A stretch of DNA of 64,000 bases from Eledone cirrhosa (Eukaryota), in assembly GCA_964016885.1 (NCBI GenBank), contig OZ024742.1, forward strand, positions 251,472,001-251,536,000. Direction: 5' to 3'. The notes beneath the pieces were generated by a model. The model worked only from the letters and a program-made list of their open reading frames with translations, ran no database searches and had not been told where the DNA came from. The translations under genes and the position numbers were made by a program. Position 1 is the stretch's first letter; each line of letters opens with the position of its first letter. This document shows, one piece after another, positions 31,318 through 45,870 of the stretch.

Positions 31318-31620
31318 TTTATTTATATATATGTCTGTATTGTATATATATGTATGTATTTGTATATGTATATATATGTATGTATGTGTGTGTAAGTTTG
31401 TATATGTATATATATATATATTTATATGTATATATATATTTGGATATATGTGCCTGCATGTGTGTATGTATGTGTGTATTTGTATGTGTATGTATGTTTA
31501 TGTATAAATGTATATATATGTACTATATATATATATGTGTGTGTGTATGTGGGTACATATATGTATATATATATTTGTAAATGTATGTATGTGTGTATTA
31601 CGTGTATATATATATATATA

Positions 31621-31693
<73 letters not shown>

Positions 31694-31699
<6 letters not shown>

Positions 31700-31766
31700 A
31701 TTCAAGAAAGAAGAGTGACATGGTTTGCTATAAAAACCATGTCACTCTTCTTTCTTGAATTATTAT
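31694..31766. repeat. Perfect hairpin, 33-bp arms, 7-nt loop, at the start of an insertion (to ~31930) in (TA)n
   Basis: 31694-31726 is the reverse complement of 31734-31766. Confidence 0.95.
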
Positions 31767-31929
31767 TACTCCAAGTATAAACTACATAGAAATCACGCGA
31801 ACTTGCAGCATCACTATGGAAACGTCTTGTTGAGTCAAACTGAGCCATACGTTAACACCATCCACTACACGGAGTACTCTAACTGGATTACATCTAAGTG
31901 GATTGCCTATAACGATAACCTGTTATCCC

Positions 31930-31977
<48 letters not shown>

Positions 31978-32085
31978 ATGTGTGTGTCTGTATGTGTATA
32001 TATATGTATATAGTTCAATATATGAACAGAGAACAAAAAACAGAGATGCTGCACAAATGATATGGTGTTTGGTTTCATGCTATAT

Positions 32086-32371
32086 ATCATCATCATCATC
32101 ATCTTCGTTTAACGTCCATCTTCCACGCTAGCATGGGTTTGGACGGGAATTTTCCTACTTGAGGCAAGATTGGTTGTCTTGCTCAGGACTGTCTGGCGGG
32201 TTTTCTACGGCTGGATGCCCTTGCTAACACCTACCACGTTTACAGTGTGGACTGGGAAGTTTTTACCGTGTTACATACACGGCCACATTACAGCGTGGAC
32301 TGAGTGTTTTTTTGTCGTGACACCTACACGACCTCATTTATTTAGGACTGGATGTTGTGGTGCTAACATAG

Positions 32372-32372
<1 letters not shown>
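32086..32372 (-). mobile_element. RTE 3' UTR
   Basis: Homology to 18485-18780. Confidence 0.85.
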
Positions 32373-32434
<62 letters not shown>

Positions 32435-32435
<1 letters not shown>

Positions 32436-34249
32436 ATAACAAGTTACTGGTGTGTATGAATATAACAAAGACGATTGGTTTGTGTGTATAATATTTAATA
32501 AACAATTTGTGAATATATAGAACAGTATAGTTGACATGTCAATGAATAGATGAGAGAATGAAGCAAAGTTATTAGTTACCGTTTGATTGCCAGGCGAACG
32601 CGCCTAGCCGAAGACGGCTGGCCGAAGAGGCCAGGAGCCGGAAAGGCAAATGAGAGATAGGGAACTTAACGTTATTAGTTTTATAGGGTTCTGACCGGAA
32701 GTTACAGAAAGGGTTCTACTTCCTGTCTAGAGAGTGTTAATCTATTGGGGATGTGAGTGTCACAACAAGGGAGGCAACTCCTGCTACATTAACCCCCGCC
32801 AGATTTTTAAAATATAAAAATCGAATGAAATATGTATGTAGTAAGTTGGCGAGAATGTTGTAACAGGCATGAAAATTACGAAAAAAAATAATGTTTGCAA
32901 ATATCAATGATAGATATCAAGGTAGCCAACCGCTCTTGGCCAGAGAACGACTGGACATCTATCTATCCATCACCCAAAGATACAATGTAATGAAAGTAAG
33001 AGAAGAGCTCAAATTTCAAATGTTCAAAATACAGTTCACAGGTGTGCAATCACATGACAGCAGGAAAGAAAGTGTGTTCCAGAGAATGAATGTAGGTGGT
33101 TTCTGTTCTGTGGTGTAACGTGAAATTTCCAACCTCCGAATGGATTTTCTCACAGGAAGAGTGCTGCAAAAATAAATTCTCTGGCTTGTTCTGCTGGTTT
33201 TGGTTGTTGATGAAGCTGTGTTGCTGTTGATGTTGTTGTCTCGCCGAGTGAGCGTATTCGATGTTTAAATTCACAGTAAAAAAATTTTTTCAGAAAAAAT
33301 GAGTTGCGCAAAGTGCTAGAAATAACAGCCGAAGTTGATGGTCGATGTTGAGAATGCGTTGACCTGGAAGGGTCAAGAGGCCAGCGACCAAAGAAATAAG
33401 CATTCTGAATAAATGCGCAGTTTTCAACGGCAAATTTACGTGGTAAATTTTTAAACCGGCAAATAAGAGAATATAGCTTAAGGCTGTAGAATCCTTGGCG
33501 AGAAACGTTATCTCTGGCGTGTGGCGATCTCAGTGAATCGAGAATTGTGCAGCCTACACGTGCCAATACAAGGTTAAGTTGAAAAAAAGAAATATTTCTA
33601 TTGCGCGAGAAAATTATAGTGCAACAGGTCGTTGGCAGCCATTTTGAAAAAATGTGTGTGTGAAAGTGACAATGATGAAAAAGAAAGAAAGGCTTCACTT
33701 AGTATAACAAATATGGCGAGTTCAAATTATTTTTTGGGGGGTCTGAACTTTGAAAAAAACTTGAACGATGAAAAAAAAAGGCAATGGTTGAGATTCATCG
33801 AAAATAAATGTTCCTGTTGAAATGTTTTTAAAAAATTCAAATTTATTTTTGTTTTTTTTTGTTTTTGAAGTGTTCGTTGTAAGAAACGAGAAACATATAT
33901 ACATATCGCGAAATGCGACAGTTAGTTGATGCGTGAGAGAAAAAGAGTCTGTCTGAACGAAAATTTCACATGTGCGTGTGTGCGTTTCTTTGACTGCGTA
34001 TTTTCATAGTTTGTCCATAAAATTTGCTGTGTATTCGTAATGTTACTCACACAACACCAGATTCTGCTATTTTTTTCTTTTTTAGGGGTCACCACTTATA
34101 ACAAAAATACTGGGTTGTATGAATGTAACAAGGAGACGGGGTTTGTGTGTATAATATTTAATAAACAATTTGTGGATATATAGAACAGTATAGTTGACAT
34201 GTCAATGAATAGATGAGAGAATGAAGCAAAGTTATTAGTTACCGTTTGA

Positions 34250-34253
<4 letters not shown>
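32435..34253 (-). mobile_element. Non-autonomous or deleted LTR retrotransposon (Gypsy-like)
   Basis: 3' LTR 32435-32788 (begins TGTAG; has TATAAAA and ATTAAA); PPT GGCGGGGG at 32793-32800; PBS TGGTGACCCC (tRNA-Trp) at 34085-34094; partial 5' LTR 34097-34253 matches 32435-32590. Confidence 0.8.
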
Positions 34254-35036
<783 letters not shown>

Positions 35037-35044
35037 CATATATA

Positions 35045-35922
35045 ACGGCGATGAATTAGTTTTGCGAAGTTTTAAAGTAAACTAAATATAAACTGTAAAA
35101 CTAGAAACATAGTCTATAGCATAAGATGTACAGAGGGTACTTTCAGAAACATGACAACAACATACATAGGCGAGACAGCTCGTAGCATAGGTGAAAGGAT
35201 AGACCAACACTGGGGGGAACTAAAAGGACGAAAAAATGGTTCAGTAACATACGAACATGCAAGACAACAACACGAGGGTAACATAGACAACATAGAAATT
35301 AGAATAATATCTAAACATAGAAATGACCCAGCAGATAGGCAAATCAGAGAGGCAAGCGAAATAGAACTTAGAAGGCCAAGGCTAAACAGAAAAAATGAAT
35401 GGAATAACAACAACACCCAAACAAACAATACTGACCTAAGAGAAGTATAAATAAATAAATACATACACAAAAACAGTAACAACAAACACATATAAACACA
35501 CACTAGTAAACTAAGATAGAATACAATAACCAATACACAGTCACCCAAACACGAACACACATCAAACACTACACACACACGCAAACGCATGCGCAGAGAA
35601 GACAAAAGATAAATAAATAAATAAATAAATAAACAGACTAAATAAAGATGGAGTAGGCATATAATACAACGGGAGGAAACATAATAGCACCACTGACGAT
35701 GTTGCAGATGTGCAACGAAAGGACTTTGTTAGACTATATATATATGTTTGTGTGTATATTGAATCTGTATTTTTTACCGTTGGTCAGTCAATGGTAAATT
35801 GAGGACCGAATAAATTAAATTAACCGATATAAAAGACACAGAAGCGAAAACCAACCAAACAGTGAGTGTGTTGTTATTAATTCTGGCAATATTATTACAC
35901 AAATATGACCCTCCCCAAGTAT

Positions 35923-35930
<8 letters not shown>
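35045..35930 (+). mobile_element. PLE GIY-YIG 3' fragment with HHR (35689-35730)
   Basis: YSIRC...YIGETARSIGERIDQH...RQIREA..I...LNRKNEW; ACCA-CTGACGA-tgttgca gatg tgcaac-GAAA-GGAC-TT-TGTT. Confidence 0.85.
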
Positions 35931-35989
<59 letters not shown>

Positions 35990-36023
35990 CATGTGTGTGT
36001 GTGTGTATATACATATATATATA

Positions 36024-38408
36024 TCGGCGCTGATAACGGATCTTGTTTATTTATATATTTATTAATAATACACTGCATAGAAAAATACCAGAGATGACTG
36101 GTGGTTTATATCGTGATGATATGATTCTTTTAATTGAAAATCATAGTAATTGTGAAATTAATAGGAAAAGAAAATCCATAATACAATTCTTCAATAGCTA
36201 CAACCTTAAGTTAGAAATAGAGAATAACTATAAAATTGTTAACTTTTTAGACGTAACATTAAACCTTCACAGAGGGCTCTACTATCTATTCCATAAAATT
36301 AATGAGTATCTAAATTATGTAAGTTTTAACTCTAATCATCCTAGATCTATCAAGAACATTATTGTCAATTCTGTCCAACAAAGGATTTCACGCATCTCCG
36401 CTAATAAAAACATTTTTGACGATAAGGCTGAATATTATAATGAAGCTTTAAGTAGAGCAGGGTATACAAATAATATTAAATACATCGACAACAGTAATAA
36501 GGCAAATCACCCTACTATTAATTATAATAATAATCAAAAATTTAACTTAAACTCTAAAACTAACAGAAGAACTAGAACTAGAAATATTATTTGGTACTCA
36601 CCCCCATTCTCATTAAGCGTAAAAACACCTTTAGCAAAGCTATTCTTTAAAGCACTAGATAAATGTTTTCCTAAAGTCCACAGATACCACTCAATCTTTA
36701 ACAGACATACTATAAAACTATCCTACTCTACTACTATGACCATAGCACAAAATATAAATAGAATTAATAATAGAAATTTAAACCCTAACCAAAATAGCAG
36801 TAATATCTCTAGCAATATCCAACATAATAGTACCGTTACGAACAACAACAACTCCGCAAAATGTAACTGTAGAATTAAATTAAACTGTCCTTTACAAAAT
36901 AAGTGTTTAGATAAAAACGTGGTCTATAAATGCACAGTTAAAACTAGTGGTAATATATTTAACTATGTCGGTGCAACTTCTACAGAATTTAAAAGTCGCT
37001 GGAATAACCACAATTGTTCTTTCCGAAGATTTGATAACAAATCTTCAACTTCTCTTTCAAAACTGATATGGAACTTAAAATGCAAGAATATGGACTATCC
37101 ATTAGCTTGGGAAACAGTTTCAAAAGCACCCGCGTACTGAAACACATCTTTATCTAGATTCTGCAAATTGTGTATTGAGGAAATTTTTTACATACTTAAA
37201 GGAAAAAACTCTATTAATCTAAGAACGAATTTATTTAATTCTTGTAGACATTGCCAGAATTCAACATTCAGAACTATATATAACTTATAATTATACTTAT
37301 AATATTTCTACTAATTTCCATAACAATCTCATCCACTTGGTTTTAATATATTGATATCTCTAAATCATAATATCTATAACATTTGCTGTAATTCCACTTC
37401 TTAAAGTTTCATAAAATATATACGTATATAATTCTAATTTTAAAAAAATTTTATTTTAATAATTTTTATTTCTTTAATTTGTATTTCTTTAAAAATTACT
37501 TATCTCTTATAAATTATTTAAAAAAAAATTTTCTCAAATTTTTTAATATTTTTTCAATACTCTTTCAATATTTTTTTCAATACTTTCTCAATATTTTTTC
37601 AATAGATTTATAACCACTAACTGATTCTGGCTAAATGTATCTTCAACATCTATACTTATTTTGACTAAATAGTCTCACACTAACGAATAAATAAATTAAA
37701 CCAGAGTTTTTTCCGTATCTTCCTATTATCAATCATATAAATATAAATATTCTTCTTAACTCAGTTAATTTAATTTAACTTAATATATATTTACATAAAA
37801 TACAAAACCAATATCCCTCATAATTCATTAGAACAATTATCTATAACATGATATTTACTTATTTATTTATTTATTTATCTACTTATAACAGAAGAAAAAT
37901 ATTATATTATAAACAAATTTTAAACAACTAATAATCGTAAATACACGTACCATTAAGATATATACTTAGAATATATTTTTATTCATCTTCCCTTTTTTCT
38001 TTCTTCTCTCTCTCGCACTATTTTATCCTTCTCCTCTTTTCTTTCTCTCCATAGTCGTTTAAATAAACGGTTGTTTTTCAATTATTGACATATTCATTTG
38101 CATATTCACCCATAAGTTTGAAAAATCCCTAATATATTTCCACTATCCAGAAAATATCCAACCGATAAGGTATGATTTTCATGGGTATGTCCCTATTTGT
38201 AAAACAAACTTTGTATTTTATCTGAGGAAAGCGTACCAATGTGTTTTGGTACCCTTGAAATATATATAATAAAATAAATATGGTTTTATATAGTTTCCAT
38301 TTATTTAATATCATTGAATATTTACTCCAGTAACTTGTTGAGTGCTCTAAATCAGTTATAAACATTTACATTTGTCGGACTTCCAACAAATTAAATACCC
38401 CTTCTACT
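36024..38408 (+). mobile_element. Penelope-like element, 5'-truncated; ORF to 37290 with one in-frame TGA
   Basis: GLYRDD, NFLDVTL, SNHP, IIWYSPPFS, CNCRIKLNCPL, VVYK...YVGAT, CKLC; AT-rich UTR; HHR; flanked by (TA)n. Confidence 0.92.
38214..38276 (+). ncRNA. Type I hammerhead, intact core, minimal palindromic stem III
   Basis: TATTTTAT-CTGAGGA-aagcgtaccaa tgtgtt ttggtaccctt-GAAA-TATATA-TA-ATAAAATA; 8-bp stem I, 10 of 11 pairs in stem II. Confidence 0.85.
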
Positions 38409-38603
38409 TATATATATATACGTGTGTGTGTGTGTGTACTCACACACACACACAACTATAGGTTTGAGGTTTGGCTGTAAAAACAAAAGAAATAAAATTC
38501 AATACGTAAGATAGATCAATATATATTAATGGAGATGTATTATGTACAATCACACAAACAAACAGTCAAACATTATCTGAATGAACATTCAATATATATA
38601 TAC

Positions 38604-38711
38604 CAGAGTATAGATTTTATTTTTCAAAGAAAGTGGTGACAGTGACATCAAGTTTCTTGCTGCAAGGGTCTCCTTCAAACTGGAATTGCTATCTCCTATG
38701 TCTAGTATATG
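38604..38711 (-). CDS. Candidate 108-nt host exon (HILDIGDSNSSLKETLAARNLMSLSPLSLKNKIYTL), product unknown
   Basis: Non-repetitive; tttcAG acceptor, GTATAT donor; exactly one open frame, phase 0-0. Confidence 0.3.
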
Positions 38712-38964
38712 CTGAAATTGTTAACTGGTTGGTGGAGTTTATAATTTGTTTGTATATTTTGAGTCGAGTTTGAATTCATATGAGATCTGACTGGTCAGTG
38801 TGGAAATATTTACATTAATTTATATATGTATATAAACAAGCACAACTTTTATATTTTAGCTATCATTGTACCTTGCTGGTGGGGGAGAATCGCGTTGCCA
38901 CTTAAAACACATGCACACCAGTGGTATTTCATTTATGTTTTATTATTATTCAGGTAATCAAGAC

Positions 38965-39403
38965 GGTGGATTGACAGTATCAGTAGAGGGTCGGACGCCA
39001 TGCTTTGCAACATAGAGTTACAGCCCTTTATGATCTGAGTTCAAATCCCGCCGATGTTAATTTTGCCTTTCATCCTTACTGGGTCGATAAAATGAAGTAT
39101 CTGTCATGCACTGGGGTCGATTTAATCGACTTTCCCCTCCCCAAAAATTGCTGGGCTTGTGCCTATATAAGAAACCGTTATTTAAGGCAGTGGATTGGCA
39201 GTATCGGTAGAGTGTCGGACACCATGCTTTGCAGCAGAGAGTTACGGCCCTTTACAGTCTGAGTTCAAATTCCGCCGAGGTTAACTTTGCCTTTCATCCT
39301 TACTGGGTCGATAAAATAAAGTACCAGTCAAGCACTGGGGTCAATTTAATAGACTTTCTCCTCCCCAAAATTGCAGGCCTTGTGCCTATATAAGAAGCCA
39401 TTA
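38965..39403 (+). mobile_element. Two tandem tRNA-derived SINEs with a Meta-like central domain
   Basis: 'tggattggcagtatcggtagag' A box, 'gagttcaaatcc' B box, 'gcctttcatccttac.gggtcgataaaat.aagtaccag'. Confidence 0.8.
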
Positions 39404-39679
39404 TTAATCAAGTAATCAATCCACCAATCACCCAATTAATCACCCAATCAATTAGTTGTCAAATTTCATGTCATAGCCTGTGACTTTATCAATGACTCTT
39501 GCTCTCCGAGTCTTTGCTTTTTCTACACTTACTTGAACTTTACTCCAAAGTAAGTGCAGTTAAGGAGTCACAGAGGGCAAGTGTCACCCATAAGGTCACA
39601 GACTGTGATGAAATGGCTTTGACATTTAATTAATTAGTTGATTAACGAAGTGGTTGATGGGTTGATTACCTGATTAATA
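39401..39679. mobile_element. Imperfect palindromic MITE-like element
   Basis: ~135-bp diverged inverted arms (ttattaatcaagtaatcaatcca / tgggttgattacctgattaataa). Confidence 0.65.
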
Positions 39680-39719
39680 ATAACTTCAGTGAAACTGAAC
39701 CAATGTGTTTATGATTTAA

Positions 39720-40105
39720 CCCTTTAGCATTTACAGGTGAATTGGCAGTATCGGTAGAGAGTTGGACGCCATGTTTTCTAGCATAGTTACGTCCCTTTTC
39801 GGTCTGAGTTCAAATCCCGCCGAGGTTAACTTTGCCTTTCATCCTTAAGGGGTCGATAAAATAAAGTACCAGTAATGTACTGGGTAATTGCTGGCCTTGT
39901 GCCTAAAGTAGAAACAATTGTATTTTCGCGGTAAACACTTTATTTCACATAATTATCTCACATAATATCGAACCTACGAGATTTTGATATTATATATTTT
40001 GAGAACAATACCTCAATATAAGTATGAGCAGCCGATTATGGCCGTTTTGAACAGAAAGAGGTGAGAGAATTCTGGCCAGATATGGCTGGTTTAAATGCTA
40101 AAGGG
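39720..40105. mobile_element. piggyBac-like MITE with a nested SINE (39738-39920)
   Basis: TTAA-ccctttagcattta ... taaatgctaaaggg-TTAA. Confidence 0.8.
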
Positions 40106-40744
40106 TTAATTGGCAGCATGACTCTCCCAAAGTATAACAATATTCGTTTCAACACATGATTTTACATTAAAAAAATTATGCAAAACAAATACAAAAAATG
40201 TAGATATTACTTTTTTGGGGGCAAATTATTAAGCTGGGAATATTGGTTATAACAACAAACTCATATTGATAATCCAATGAATAATAACATACTGATATAA
40301 TTAACTTATGTTGGGACTAAAATAATTACTTTATTAACTTATAACACACTAACCTAGTGAAGGATAAAGACATGAATAACTGTAACCTATGGTATTTATC
40401 TTACATCTCAAGCTTATAGTCTCCATATCACCCACCCAGACATCAATATTTAATAATATCACATATATCAATATTTGAGGAAGATATTGCACAGTTTGAC
40501 AGATATAGAATATTATACAGATTAATTGGATAAAACCAACCATTTTTTATTTCTCCCACTCCCACCCCAACATTTTTCCATTATATTATATCTGTCCTTT
40601 ACATCAAGGTTTACAATCAGTATTAGGGAATACAAATCTTAACCCTTTCATTATCACATTTCTAATGAAATACACTGTATTTCATTTAATTAATGTAAAA
40701 TTTGGATGTTTAACTAAAATTATTAATTATTTCATGATTAAAAT

Positions 40745-41155
40745 AATGGTAAGGGTGTTGGACTTCCGATCATAATGCCATGGGTTTGATTCCTGGACTG
40801 CGTTATGTGTTGTGTTCTTGACCAAAACATTTAATTTCATGTTATTCCAGTATACTCAGCTGAAAATGGGTAACAGCAATAGCTGGGGGAGTGGGGGGGC
40901 GTAACCCTGCGATGGACTTCAACCTGTCCAGTGGCTAGGCTTGTACTCTCAGTTGCTTCACACAGGAACTGAGATAAGCACCAGCTTGATGAGCCTCCAG
41001 GCTTAAGTCAGACTTTAGACTTTTTAGGTTTCAAGTCCCACTGGGGCTACTTTACCTTTTATCTTTTCACATTCAATGAAATATAGTACCAGCAACGTAC
41101 TGGGGTTGACATAATCAATTGCTAGCTTTGTATCTAAATCAAAAAACCATTATTA
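40745..41155 (+). mobile_element. Degraded CORE-type SINE followed by a Meta-like SINE fragment
   Basis: Family motifs, diverged. Confidence 0.55.
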
Positions 41156-41229
41156 AGATAGTATTCATGACATAACTTGCCAAGAGGTTTTTATATAAAA
41201 TTATCTTGGAAATTTGTTTAGCAAGATTC

Positions 41230-41975
41230 TTTATCTGAAAACGTGTGTTGAAACCGATATTGTTATGCTTTGGTAGGGTCATGTTGCCAATAAGAAACAC
41301 ACGCACCAGTTGCTTTCACTCCAATTTATTATAAATTAAATTTATAAATTTAAGAATTTATAAATATCTGGTTGGTTGGTTGGTTCCACAACCGGACGGT
41401 TGTTCATATATTGTCAAAGTTCTTTCGTCACACATTCTGTGACCTCTTCAGTGACTGGGGATTCTTCCCTTTGTTTTGTGCCTCTCCTTTGTTCTGTCCT
41501 ACGCCATCTTGTTTTTGTGTGTGTTGTGTGCTTAGTTTGCGCATGTGTTACATCCGGGTGTCTGTGTGTGTTTTTATTTGTTTATTTATTTGTTTATTTA
41601 CATGTTACTGGTTGGTTGTTTGTTCTATATGTGTGTGTTTTCATTTTGTCCTTAATTGTAAGTTGTGATGTTGCTATTCCATTCATGTTTTCTATTTAAT
41701 TTTAGTTGGAGTTCATTTATGTTTATTGCCTCTGTGGTTTGTCTAAACATTGCATCTTTTCTGTGTGTAGATTCTATTTTTATTTCTATGTTCTCTAATT
41801 TGCCCTTATGTTCTATTTTAGCATGTTGGTGGAGTATTGATGATTCTTTTCTATCTTGAAGCTCTCGCCAGTGTTCATTTAATCGTTCAACCAACATTAA
41901 ATAGAAAACATGAATGGAATAGCAACATCGCAACTTACAATAAGGACAAAATGAAAACACACACATAGAACAAAC
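41230..41975 (-). mobile_element. PLE GIY-YIG 3' fragment with HHR (41413-41455) and a short 5' inversion
   Basis: ERLNEH...HQHAKIEH...RQTTEAINI...LNRKHEW; GTCA-CTGAAGA-ggtcaca gaatg tgtgac-GAAA-GAAC-TT-TGAC; 41897-41975 inverts ~41615-41700. Confidence 0.85.
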
Positions 41976-41999
41976 AATAACAATAACAACATCAAAAAT

Positions 42000-43480
42000 A
42001 ATAAAGATAATAAACGTTATTATTACCATCAACATCACCAACTACAATTCTACAAAAGGCAGAAATAAAGCCTTGGAAAAATTCTGTGCCCACATATCAA
42101 CTTTCCCATACCACTCCCTAAACCGAAATCCAACACCAGCCGAAAGGAATGAGAAATTATCAATAAATTGAAGAGCAATCATGACAATTGAGGAAGTGGA
42201 CGAGGAAAGTTCTGTCATTATCATGGATGTTGAACACTATAAAGATTCTATATCCTCTCTCCGACAAGACACTGCCTATTATGAAAAAGTAAACAATTAC
42301 CAGCAATCAAACACGATGACCAGACCCAGCTACCAACAACAAAAAAAACTTAATGGAAAAAGAACGTGACTATTTAACTGTTTTTGATTGCAAAGCTAGC
42401 AATCTTTACGCACTTCCGAAAATCCACAAGAGCAAAATGATTAACAATGCCTGTAAAGACTCCACCTAAACATGTATAAACTTACAACACCCCAATTGTA
42501 GTGGGCTCAAATTGTGAAACACACAGACTCAGTAACTTTACAGATATATTACTGAAACTAATTCTGAAATATATATCAAGCTTTATAAGAGATGACCTAG
42601 ACCTCTTAAGCCACCTGCCTAAACACGTCAACAGAGACACTATTATTGTATCGTTTGATGTAGTAAACCTCTACACAACAATTCCTCACTACTACGGAGT
42701 TGATGCAATAGAGTTCTGGCTTGAAAAATTCCCAGATTAAATTCTGGAAAAAATAGAAAAAGGTTTTATCACTGTGGGATTAAAATTCATTCTACAAAGC
42801 AACTTTTTTTTATTTCAATGGCAATATTTTCAAACAAATATCGGGTATTGCAATGGGCACAAAAGTTGCCCCAACTTATGCCAATCTAGCCCTGCCATAC
42901 CTAGAAGTCCAGATATCTGAACAATCCAGATTATAATATGGCTTGAATTTCCATAAATATTTGCTGGACAACTTTAAACACTACTTGGATGACTGCCTCA
43001 TCCTATGGATGCACACACTTGACCAACTCAAAGAATTCAAGACCCTAATTAACAGCATCAATAATAAGATCCAATTCACAATGGAATATAATCAAAACCA
43101 AATTATATTCCTGGCTATTCTACACATAAACAGCCAGAAGTATTGAAACTGACATTCATCACAAACCAACAGATTCTAAACTATACTTCCTATTCAGCAC
43201 AAGCCATCCGAAGACAAATATTCGATTTAATCTAGCAAGGCGAATCTGTACAATTGTCTCAAATCATGAAACTCAGAATACAAGACTCCAAGAACTAAAA
43301 GAAGTTCTACACAAAAGACAGTGTCCTTCATTATTAATAGACAATGGAATAGAACGGGCCAAAGCAATAGACATTCAAAAATTACAAAGAACAAAAGCAA
43401 CTTCAGATACATCCAATATTCTACCCTATATCTCAATACACAATCCAAGAAATACAGAGGCATACCACATTATCCACAAG
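42000..43480 (+). mobile_element. PLE RT, degraded
   Basis: YALPKIHK, SFIRDD, SFDVVNLYTTIPH, GIAMGTKVAPTYANL, YLDD, KPTD. Confidence 0.85.
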
Positions 43481-43491
43481 ATTTTTCATGA

Positions 43492-43660
43492 CTGTATTTC
43501 CCAGCGCCGAACACGCTTCGTCTTCGAGGATGCACCCTAATTTTGACAACAAAAAATTTGAAAAAAAATAATAAACAACCTTCGGCCTCCAGGACGTATG
43601 GTAGGCTTTTGAGACTTATTTTAGGGAAAAAAATAGTGTCTTCAACGTCGAGAAATACGG
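43492..43660. mobile_element. Tc2/pogo-like MITE, degraded
   Basis: ctgtatttc... / ...gaaatacgg-TA termini. Confidence 0.4.
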
Positions 43661-44001
43661 TATATCATTTTCCAGATTATACCACAGATCAAACACAAAT
43701 AAATAAGATATATTTATTCAAAAATACAAACCACGTCTGAATACACTCTACTCACCCCCCCCCCCTCCAACCTACTCAGGCACTCGCAACATTCTTCACC
43801 TTGCTAATAGAATTATTATCATCATTATTATTGCTTATTGTTGCTGCCATTATTATTATGTTATCACATGACCCTCTATACCCGTACAGAGAAGGGAATA
43901 AATCAATATTGCTACACAAACACAAGAATAAATAAAATAGAATATATACAAATAAAAGAAACATTTGTGCACCCGGCAACTTACTGAATGATAACAACCC
44001 A

Positions 44002-44058
<57 letters not shown>

Positions 44059-44779
44059 CACACACACACACAAACACACACACACATGCACACAAACACA
44101 CACACACACAGGCACATACATTCCTGTTCATTTTGCTGATTGATTCATTATCATTATTATTATAGTCGTCATTATGATGGTGATGTTGATGATAATAATA
44201 ATGATTGTTACTGTTATTATCTTTGTTGTTGTTATTGTTAATGTTATGACGTAACAGAAAACAAAAAAAGCTACCTACACACACACAAACACACACACAA
44301 ACACATATAAACAAAATTCCTGTATGTTTGAATTTAGGGGATTGCCACAAGAACAATAGGAACTCCCATTGACTATTGAATACAGCAGGCATGAATTGCT
44401 CGAAAGTATCATCAAACTCCATGCCTAATCACGTGATGACCCTCAGCCTATCAAATTATATTTTAAACTTGAGCTACTTTTCTGCGCAAACTTGAAAAAC
44501 ACCACATTTTTTTGTATAAAACTGAAATAAATTCCTGACATCAATTAGATGCAAGTTACAAGTTGGCACAGCCACATATCTCTCCACCTCTCTTGACTTT
44601 TGAAAATTAGGAAACTTGTGAAACCAATAAAGTCATAAATTATTGTAAATAAACCTTCTGAAATACTCCAATAGCATTTTCAACTTCTTTTCCCTGTTTT
44701 TTACCCAAGTGGGACATATAAAAAGTCTTACTTTCGAATATATATATATGTGTGTGTGTGTGTGTGTATTTTTTCTGAA

Positions 44780-45147
44780 TGATTCTTGATGTGAAATGTG
44801 TGTTGAAACCGATATTGTTATATTTGTGAATATTGTCAAGAAAAAGAAACATATGCAATATATAATTTACACTTTCACTTTATCTTTATTGTTCGTTATT
44901 AATTTATTTATCAAAGTTCTTTTGTCACACATTCTGTGACCTCTTCGATGATTATCTGTTGCACCACAAAACAAATAAAGACAAGATGGAGTAGAGGTTC
45001 AAGACCAAGAAAAAGAGGAGGCACAAAATATATAATCATTGAGGAGGTCACAGAATGTGTAATGAAAGAACTCTGATAAACAAATGAATAACAAACAATA
45101 AAGATAAAGTGAAAGTGAAAATTATATGGTGTATGTGTTTCTTTCTA
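44780..45147. mobile_element. Inverted dimer of PLE ends, each with a decayed HHR
   Basis: ~44844-44955 is the reverse complement of ~45033-45145; same HHR family as 41413. Confidence 0.75.
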
Positions 45148-45175
45148 TATATATATACATATATATATACACATA

Positions 45176-45870
45176 TTATCATCATCACCATCGTTTAACG
45201 TCCATTGTTTCATGCTAGCATGGGTTACACAAATTGCTCCATTGTGAGAAGAGCCAGGTCAGATGATCATGTTATGCTCATACAGAACTGATTTGGGCTT
45301 GGTTTCTATGGTTGGATGCCCTTCTTAACACCAACCACATTTATAATGTGTACTGGGAGATTTTGTCGTGGCACCTACATGACCACGAGGAAATGGGTGG
45401 AGAGGATTAGGGAGGTAGATATAGGAGCATGTGTGGAGTGTTAGGATGTGAGAGGAGCATGATGGGGAGGGACATAACAAAGGAAGGGGGTGTTAGGATG
45501 TGGAGGTGTATGGAAGGGGGGATTGCAATGTATATAAAATGTATATAAAATGTATGGTCATCTGTATTACTGCATAATGCCAAAGATCTCTATCCTGTGC
45601 CATCGTCTTCAAGAGATGCAATTGTGCAAGGTCAGCTTTTATCACCTCATCACAAGTTTTCCTAGGTCTTCCTACCCAATAGCTTCCATCAAATTTGAAC
45701 CACCTGCACCTTTTTATACAGCTGTCATCCTTCACACGCATCACATGCCCATACCAGTGCATTCTCCTCTCCTGAACACTGCAATCTGATCCCTCTTATG
45801 CCAAGTTTCTCTTTCAGTTCATATATACTTTGCCATTCATGTATATCATTATTACACATCCATTGAAGTG
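45176..45870 (-). mobile_element. RTE 3' fragment
   Basis: WYGHVMRVKDDSCIKRC...GRPRKT plus (GAT)n tail. Confidence 0.8.

Noticed and set aside
33150-33698. Interior ORF of the LTR element as gag or pol
   Set aside because: No convincing conserved motifs
44290-44422. ORF start MEFDDTFEQFMPAVF...
   Set aside because: No clear donor site; runs into microsatellites; no recognisable motif
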